A stretch of 62,859 bases of DNA, the filler included, from Syncephalis fuscata S228 (lineage: Eukaryota > Fungi > Zoopagomycota): assembly GCA_025786725.1 (NCBI GenBank). It is 4 parts of 4 records of this genome, joined end to end, with 100 filler letters (N's around TTAATTAATTAA, not from the genome) between each part and the next. Parts side by side here need not be neighbours in the genome. Positions count along the whole stretch, not along the records: positions 48,297 to 60,230 come from JAHLTZ010000278.1; positions 60,331 to 62,859 come from JAHLTZ010000354.1; 2 more parts are not named here. One strand, written 5' to 3'. Numbering within the stretch: the first letter of the stretch is position 1; every line of letters begins with the position of its first letter. This document shows, one piece after another, positions 54,692 to 62,859 of this stretch. The position numbers and the translations under genes were made by a program. The notes beneath the pieces are model-generated. The model had not been told where the DNA came from, did no database searches, and was given only the letters and a program-made list of their open reading frames with translations.

Positions 54692-55205
54692 TTACAATCG
54701 AGCTTTATCACCATCTACTAAGATACAAGGACCGCCATATATAATGTTGAGCTGTGCTTCAGTGGCATATTGAATACATTCCTCGTTTTCTGCACCAGGT
54801 TGTAGCCAAAGATACGGTATACCTAATTCCTTGGCTTGTTTCAATACGGCCAGCGTCACTCGCGGCGGCGTAATAACCGAAACAGCCGTATGAGTAGGCT
54901 CGGAAAGTGTTGTTAGATTGGCCAAGCAAGCAAGACCTTCTATTTCTTGTTCATTCTATATTTACGACAGTTTAGAATAGTTTAATATAGTTGTACCGTA
55001 ATACTTACTGGATTAATTGGTACTACTGGTAAGTTGCGTTCTTGGTACCTAGAATAATTTAGCGATTGAATGACTGTAGCAATGAAGTAGTGCGCTTAAT
55101 AGCTTACCAGCGTAGCACTTTGTTTCCAAACTTTTCACGTGCTATACTAGCACCTACAACAGCGAATTGCTTTTGAAGCATGAATTCCTTTAGAAGATGA
55201 GGCAT
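54692..55205 (-). CDS. CoA-binding domain protein (YccU / CoA_binding_2-like), 3 exons
   Basis: FAVVGASIAREKFGNKVLRW-YQERNLPVVPINP...VSVITPP...WLQPGAE...GGPCILV. Confidence 0.92.
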
Positions 55206-55450
55206 ACTATAATAGTAGAGTAAAAATGGTAACAGTAATGGCAGCAGTAGTGGTGATAATCAGTTTATAAACTGGTCACAGGAAACTATAAATCAATTAT
55301 AATTATTTGTAATAAATAATAGTAGTAATAAATGTCATAATATTAATATTATATTCATCTAGTAGCTATTGTCATTGCATGGAATACATGGCTCACCCGT
55401 TGACTTAAGGCGAGTCTTTTAAGTTTATTAAGATAATGTTAGTTATTTGT

Positions 55451-56371
55451 TTAGCGGCTTTGTTGGATTGATGGTCCAAAACTACACTCGGCCAAATGGC
55501 TGATCGTTTCAATAGGTGCGCCACGTCCCTGCCATAGATGGGGCATATCGATCTGTTCCTCATCGATTGATCCTGCTGCTTGTCGTCGTGGTCGAACCCA
55601 GACGAGCCGACCAACAAACGTACGTACTAGGCGAATGGTTTCGAGATCTGCGTCGATATGAATTGCCGGTGTCAAATGCCGTACAATATGCGCTACTCCT
55701 TCAGACGTCTCGCAAAATATCACCTTGTGTTCATCAAGACATGCACCGCTTGATTGCTGATTCGTTTTAGCACTGGTATCCGTATCCTTAGCCGGCGCCA
55801 AAAGTCCAGCATCGCTTAGCATGCGCATTACTTCATCCTTTTCCTCAATCGTTGTTACCGGCATTATAAGATACAAATCATAATTGGCCGCATAATAGCG
55901 TAGCAAACTAACTGCATGCTGAAGAAATCCAAGCGTGGGTGTGCTCGGATCTGGTGATGGATTCCAAAGAATAACCTACAATTTATCAAGTATTAGAGGA
56001 TATTTGCGTGTCTTAAATTAACGGCAACATACATTACGTAAAGATATTGTCATGGCACGGCGGACGGCATTTGCTGATTTACCCGACTGGTTCAAGTTAT
56101 ATTATAATATACAGGTTAATAAAACCGCTAAGCCAAGTCTTTTAACGATCTTGCTTACCCCGGAGCCGGCCGACAGGTTACCATTATTGGAACGGCGCCC
56201 ATTACGCGCAACGTTTGGATCGTTATTGTTATTGTCACCTCCACCGCCAAACCATAGTCGACGGTATAAGTAGAATCCAATGGCTACAGCTGCTGTGGCC
56301 ACAACCACGGTAGCTGCAATACCGCTATTATGTGAAGCAAGGCTCTGTGTTTGCTTTCGTCGGTTTGTCAT
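55451..56371 (-). CDS. PEX22: Peroxin Pex22-like (plant-type), N-terminal membrane anchor
   Basis: TM segment GIAATVVVATAAVAIGFYLY; DLYLIM...LSDAGL...KVIFCETSEG..HIVRHLTPAIHIDAD resembles, from recall, plant PEX22 (KVLFCST..G...FVRQLEP..HID); two introns. Confidence 0.8.
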
Positions 56372-56582
56372 GTTGCAGTTGTAATTACAAAAGCTCCACT
56401 ATAATAATTAATGCTAATAATCAACAAACAAACGTGGAAATGGTCAAGGTTACAGCGAACAATGAGTTGAACCCACAATTGTGTATAGTCTTCAAAGGCT
56501 CTTGTGTTTCTTTAGGTAGATAACTTCAATGTGCTTACTTAAATAGACAAGTAGTGGAAAAAGACATAATGGAAATTAAATC

Positions 56583-57210
56583 GTGCTTTGACTCCCACAT
56601 TATAAGTCCCCAAAGTAGAATTTGTTCCAATCAAGTTGTATTATTATGCATAGCATAGATATATTACTTTCTATTAAAATAATGTTAATAAATTAATTTA
56701 AATAAGTAATGTAACATATCATTTAATTTCTTTGAAACATTTGAGGTCGAGCATTATTGTTGCTGGCTATGTGTAGAAAGATTGATCGAATATTAATAGA
56801 AGCCATATAATTACGATTCCATGTCATTCTGCATTTGTTGTTATTATATCTATGTACAGCATGGATTATTGCATCTGAATGGTCTGTTTTATTTTCTACT
56901 ATTCTACTATTGCATTTTGGACATATTTGTGATGTAAGATCAAGATTAATATAATTATTATAAAAGTCGTTTATTAAACAGTCATTTCCTCTATAGCCAA
57001 TCTGACTAAATAAATGACAATATATATATTAAAGCAATAATAAAAATAACTAATTAATTACATTATTATACTGATAATTACACATGAATTGATTAATGTT
57101 GGATGTAATATTATACATGGAATAGTAATGAATGGGTGTTTAATTGTATTTAAAAGTGTTGAGGAGTGAAATAGATAAATAAAAATGTGAGAGTCAAAGT
57201 ACAGTAGCTT
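56583..57210 (+). mobile_element. MITE-like family C, copy 4 (best preserved)
   Basis: Inverted ends GTGCTTTGACTCCCACATT (56583) and AATGTGAGAGTCAAAGTAC (57184-57202), 17/19 match; ~620 bp, non-coding. Confidence 0.85.
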
Positions 57211-57611
57211 CAATTATTTATAAATAATAAATAAATTAATAATACTGAATGATATACATCATGCTATATCGTAGAAATGCTATTTAAATAACAATGAAAT
57301 ATTATTAGTGAAAAGATTAATGCTTTACTCAAATATAAATAATCATGCGTGTATTTATATTGAGCGCGCGTTGCACATATTTAAATATGAGAATATTCGA
57401 TATTTTAAAAGCACGTTGCCAGTCGGACTTTCAGTCTAATTTGTGGTAGTACCATTTGCTACTATCTGAATTCAGTCAGATGATCAGACATGGTTTTTTC
57501 TCTTATTGTTTAATAATATCGTCGTTTTTTGATTGCACGGACTTGCACTTTTGTGCGTTTGCCACTTTATTTGTCACAGAACTATTTGTCTAAACAATAG
57601 AAAGGCTTAGT

Positions 57612-59284
57612 ATGGATGAATTGTTTTCTAAGTTTACTGTTGACGCAATATCGTCAGTAGGCTGGGCTATTCTTGGTGCTGCTAGCTGTATCACTGTGGT
57701 AAGTATATGCTTTTAGCTTATGTTTTTGTTAGTCTATTTTACTTAATAATGTTTATTTGTTATAGCAAAAAATCAACAATTATCTAAAACATGGCCAGCG
57801 ACATTGTTCTCGAAGGTATCGTTATAATGATGCTACAGACGATTTATTGCTTTTACGGGATCGTTTTGAAATTAAGTTAAAAATTGTTACACCTGCCATT
57901 GATTTGGTGGAGATTATTGCTGCTCGTGGCAATACAGCACTTGCATCTGTCCTTGAATTAACTACCGCATTAAGGCGGGATATGGATCGATTTGCTATCC
58001 GATTAGACGCGGATATAGCCAAGTTGCATGCCGGAAGAAGAAGAAACGCAAATGCGAAAGAACACGCAGAGGCACAAGCAGTGTCGGCAACATGCTTAAC
58101 GCAAGAACTTAAAGCACTATTTGCTCGTATCGAAGATACTGTGCCATTCCTTAATTTGGCACTGACTACTTCTGGTGCGAATTTGGGTACAAGTTTGCCT
58201 ACAAGTGTATCGCCATCACGTTTAATGCAAGCTTCATCGGCATTGGCTGACTGTGCACGTCGTTTTAACAGCAAAAATGGGCTAAGTGAAGAATTAGTAG
58301 GATTTAAATTTAATTTGCAATTATATAGAGTGTTCCATGGCTCAATTCGGTCAAGATCGTGTAAAGATTGGACATGGGTCATGGAAATGGCTCGATGCAC
58401 TGGACGTGTAGCACGCGTTCCAGGTGGAGAGGCTGCGGCTGCAGCTTCATCAGATCCGGATAATGTACTTGTCAGTACAAGTGACGGTCTTGAATTTGTC
58501 TACGATCTAGTGCTTGAAGAAGACTTTAACGACGGTCTTTATCACGAAGAAATTGCCGACAAAGAAGACGGTGTAGATGCAGGCGAAATACGTGGTCGTG
58601 AATGGCGTATTGCTGTTGAAGAAGTTGAGCGGCTTTATTACAGCTCTTCTGGACGTTTGTTAAATATCGAAGGGGCCAAACACCCAGTGCTTGTATTCAA
58701 GGTTGTACGTGGTGCTGGTCGATTAAGGTCGATTGAGCCTGTTCGTCCAAGTACACCGCCGCCACGTGGATCGTCAGCCGATAATGCCGATGTCGATTGG
58801 TTTGCTATTGAGCTTTATCAAGAAGGCGATATGGTTGGCGATGTTTCCGACGAAGAGGATGAAGAGGAAGAGGACGCCATAGAGGACGAAGGCAGCGAAA
58901 CCATATCGTTAACCGACAAATCTCAGTCTAATAATACAGATACAGCTTTACTAATAACAAAAAGCAAAATGATCCATCTCCTTTCTTGTTAGGCTCACCC
59001 GCCCCACTACCAATCGATGAAGCATCTAGCCTACGGCAGCAGCCATGATTGGTACACTCAGTCTACTTGAATTTGTTGTTAGATTAAGTGCACTTGAAGT
59101 ATGTTTACAACGATCGCATTTAGAAGCACCCGATGAAATGATCAATCTATTCCTTAAAGACGACCAAATGTCAAAGGATAGTGTTGATATCGATGTGGCT
59201 GCGTCAAATGCCACATCTATCAACATTTTTACTGTTATTGCTATTGCTGTGTTTATTCTGATAATGTACATTAAATTTAATTAA
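57612..59284 (+). CDS. YRB30: RanGTP-binding protein Yrb30-like
   Basis: IVTPAIDLVEIIAARGNTAL, RIEDTVPFLNLALTTSGANLGTSLPTSVSPSRLMQAS, EDFNDGLYHE, LLNIE...PVLVFK, LSLLEFVVRLSAL...SHLEAPDE; 3' end approximate. Confidence 0.88.
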
Positions 59285-59529
59285 ATACAATCAATTACAT
59301 TATCAGCACGTATTAATAAAATTCTTAAATATTAAATTGTTAACCAAATGATAATGTTGATATAGTCACATTAATATAGCTGCCTAGCTAATAAGCATAT
59401 ATTACAAGCTTATTGTTAGTATATTTACTTGGTTGTTATTTGCTAGGCATTAAATTTAAATAAACTTGATTATATATACTAGTTTAGTTACATATGTTTA
59501 AAATAAAATTGTTCGTTTATTGCTAAAAA

Positions 59530-59880
59530 CTTTTATAGCTGAATAAGTACAACTGAGTGTAGACTTGTTGCAGACATAACAATCCCATTGAATAAAGAAT
59601 GAATAAATCAAAATATTGATGAAAATCGATATTTAAATAAACTAGTCGGCAATTGTTGGATGATCTTGATTTTTACCAAAGATATACCTAAAATATATTA
59701 AACTGGTAGTCAGATTACGCTAAAATCCCCGTTTTTCTTATCAAATTATCCTTTTATATTTGTAGATACATACGATAAACGTTACATAGTTAATATTCAG
59801 GTTATCAATAACTTTTTTTACTTACAATCTGTTAATATCATAGTGCACACAGTAGACAGTATATAGTTGGTTCATGTTTG
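59530..59880 (-). pseudogene. Diverged paralogue of the 37880-38253 small-peptide locus (3' part conserved)
   Basis: 59535-59725 aligns with 37890-38080 (e.g. CCATTGA.TAAAGA.TG.ATAAA, TCTTG.TTTTTACC...ATATACCTAAA.TATATT). Confidence 0.5.
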
Positions 59881-60230
59881 ATTAATATATAATTCCACTT
59901 ACCCTCTATTAATAGCAAGTTATTAAGCACGCATAACACAAAGTATATATTTACCACATAGTCAATTAGTATACAAAGCCATTTACTTATTAGCGCAAAC
60001 TATTAAACATATGCAGTGTATGATGTGTGTTTAAAGTATAGTTGATTAATCTACAATTTTACTTACAAGCTAATAGTATTAATTTATTAGTAAACACACA
60101 ATTCATATTATTTAATTAGTACGTAATTAATTGATTTATAGTATTACTTACGGTCGATTAATATTAAGCTGTTGGAACAAACAGACATACCATTTAATTA
60201 GTGCATAATTAACTGCTTTATAATATTGTT

Positions 60231-60330
60231 NNNNNNNNNNNNNNNNNNNNNNNNNNNNNNNNNNNNNNNNNNNNTTAATTAATTAANNNNNNNNNNNNNN
60301 NNNNNNNNNNNNNNNNNNNNNNNNNNNNNN
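60231..60330. other. Artificial contig linker
   Basis: N44-TTAATTAATTAA-N44. Confidence 0.97.
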
Positions 60331-61984
60331 AACAACTAAGTGCAGAACTGAGTGAGTGTGCTAGAGAGCAGTTGGTAGCTTATGTGATGATATTGTGGAG
60401 TAGAACGTCGTCGTCCAACACATCTTTTATACTAATCGACTGGCCATAGTCCAACTCGGAAAACGGTATTTACACGAAAGCAATAAACTGTGCATAATAC
60501 GGAACCACTCATTGTGGTAAAAAATACAGTCGTGCATAATTCGGCCAATGTAGCATTCTATTCGGTACGACAGCCATGTACAGTTAGACCTTGCAATGGT
60601 TCGTTCGCGATTAAGTCGCCTTGTGAAACAATTGTCGCTTACTATAATGCCTTTGTAGCAGAAAATCCTCACATGCATTGCGTGCAGCTTTGTTCCATAA
60701 ATAACTTGCTATACGATAGCGATACTCTGCAGCTACCAGCCGACATAAGCCAATGACCACCAGCAGTAGATTATGCATGGATTAAGTCACATGGGTGCTG
60801 TCACGGTAAAATATACTGTTTCACGTTGAATTGTACGTCAACCATTCACGCGTCGGTCGTACTTGAAACTAGATCCTTTAAGTCGAAAGACAGGCTGATA
60901 CATGTTTATTTTTGCCATGTAAATACTGGGTTGTATATCAATAGCTTTACAAAAAATATAGTATGCAATACAGGTTTTCTGCACAATATTTGACGTGCAT
61001 CAATGCATAACATATGCAAAATGCAAGCGTGTCTACTGCTTTTGGCTGTTGCTCCACGTTAACACTAATAACAAGTCTAAGCTGATGGCCTGTGCTGAAT
61101 AAATATTGATTTTATTTATAAGCCAATAAGTATTATATTGGTTAAATTGGTATTATAAAATACAATTAAACACGTTACTAATTTTACGTGATGTTTACAC
61201 TTAGTCTTCCGTCTTATCAATCACATGGTACTGTAAAACTGCCAAGAAGTATGGACATCACTATTTCATGCATGCTATTTTGGTTGTAAATGTCGCGCAT
61301 ATCAGCACATGCAGAATGGTAAACGTGTGAAATTTTTTGCACGTCAAAATAGAAGCAACAGTACATAGAATTCACCACTAAGCAAAAGTTACGGAATAAC
61401 AAGAAGTAACACTATTGTCACCGTATGGCGTCAAATCTTGCAGCTGTAGCCATCAGTCTTGTTTGTTGCATCAAATGTAGTCAATATGGCGAACCTCAAT
61501 AAGAGGTTAAATTAAGTAATAACAACTAACAATTCAACTATAAATTATTTATTATCTAAATAAAGCTATCAAACAGCTGTTCATTGTTATAAGCAAAGAG
61601 CTAACAAAAACATTAAAGTCAAATATTGGAGCTTTAATCTTTGCCTGACTAAACCCCCCCCCCACCACAAACCCAACCAGTCGGTAACGGCCAGCTGCCA
61701 AACCAAATAATTTACTGATTTGGCAGCCAGATTCACCTATCACACCAACAATGGCAATGTAGATTACTACTATTGCTATTAAAATAATAACACTATTATA
61801 ACGACAAGTATTTAGGCGTCATATCTTTGCAATAGTTGTTTTTTGTTAGTAATTAGTGTTGACATTTGATAGATAGATAGATATTATTATTGTAATTGTT
61901 CACCTGTGATTGTTTTTGATAATATGATAGTTTTTTAGGCGTGCTAGCACAGCAGTATGGCCATAATATTGGAATGTAAGAATA

Positions 61985-62859
61985 TGGCATTGTAAAAACG
62001 TAATATCTTTACTTGTATTAGCTTAAAATGCTAATAAAACGCTATTTATAAGTTTAAAAACGAAAATGCTGATTGGATGCTGTGAAATTATGCAGCGATA
62101 TTAAAAAGTGATTCTAGTGTAATTAGATGGTAAAAGACAATAGCGGAGCTAATAATTAATTAATTAATAAGCGTTACTAAGATTATTTATGATTTTGCGT
62201 AAAATGAGACTGATTGCTTGACATTTTGTACAAGCATGCATATAGCATACATGGAACTATCGACAAAATATATTGCAATTGTATTGCTTTATGGGACAAT
62301 GAGTGTGCTAATGCGTTAATAAATGTGCAAAATAGCAGGCTTTTACTGTTTATGGCTTGTATAACTAAAATATAGCAAAACGATTGCCGGATTCAAGTTC
62401 TCCATGCTTAAATAAACCGTTTATTATGGCTTGTAGAATAATGATTTTTGCAACAAAAGTTGGCCAAAAATACGATTTATGCGATATAAACTAACGAAGC
62501 TTTACGTTATACATATGTGTATACGACATAAATTGTCATTGTATATCAGTATTTCTGCATAATAGCAAGCCATTATGCTCGCTTTAGCGCTTTAGAGCGC
62601 TTGGATTTATCTTATACCAAATTTCGTTTAATATTGAGATTTTAAATCATAAGTTTAGTTGCTTTTTTGTTAGCTATTTACACGTAAATTGTTTTTTGGC
62701 TAACATTTATTGCAAAAATCGCTGTTCTATATTTTATACCAGACGCAGCACCTAAACATAAAAAACTTGAATCCGGCAATCGTTTTGCTATATTTTAGTT
62801 ATACAAGCCATAAACAGTAAAAGCCTGCTATTTTACGCATTTATTAACGCATTATTGCA
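61985..62859. mobile_element. Second, diverged copy of the foldback element (right arm cut by the window end)
   Basis: 62309-62400 is almost exactly the reverse complement of 62765-62855; arms share GCAAAAC.ATTGCCGGATTC.AGTT.TCCATGCTT with ~11590-11625; the spacer is homologous (inverted) to 12041-12208. Confidence 0.85.

Noticed and set aside
57822-58400. Antisense ORFs (also 42700-43263, 21083-21361)
   Set aside because: Opposite-strand shadows of YRB30, ILV3 and the DPP gene.
60331-60900. GC-richer block with short ORFs and a weak match (ACATAAGCT) to the 14.6-kb promoter
   Set aside because: Similarity is too short to support homology and the ORFs have no recognisable motifs.

Overview
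AT-rich, intron-dense eukaryotic DNA. The short ~45-90 nt GT-AG introns with CTAAY branch points and the gene content point to an early-diverging fungus; a Zoopagomycota-like origin is inference only. The window is four contigs joined by artificial 100-nt linkers (N44-TTAATTAATTAA-N44), so adjacency across the gaps is not guaranteed. Conserved genes: aldo-keto reductase (with a GC-AG intron), GATOR2 subunit WDR59/Sea3, a DPP8/9-like S9B peptidase, a PH-C2-RasGAP, a Ste7/MEK-type MAP2K, dihydropteridine reductase, ILV3, a CoA-binding protein, a plant-type PEX22 and YRB30. Between them is accessory DNA: two divergent non-RD kinases, a 54-bp-repeat protein, a tiny Kex2-type prepropeptide gene missed by the ORF track, decayed paralogous units and at least four dispersed repeat families. 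The most notable are a foldback element family whose arms appear to be homogenised, and repeat family A, whose eight visible arms all face the 3' end of a gene or gene remnant. Single-base indels interrupt even conserved genes, so apparent frameshifts and pseudogene calls are probably partly assembly error. All alignments and identity estimates were done by eye and coordinates of repeat ends are approximate.
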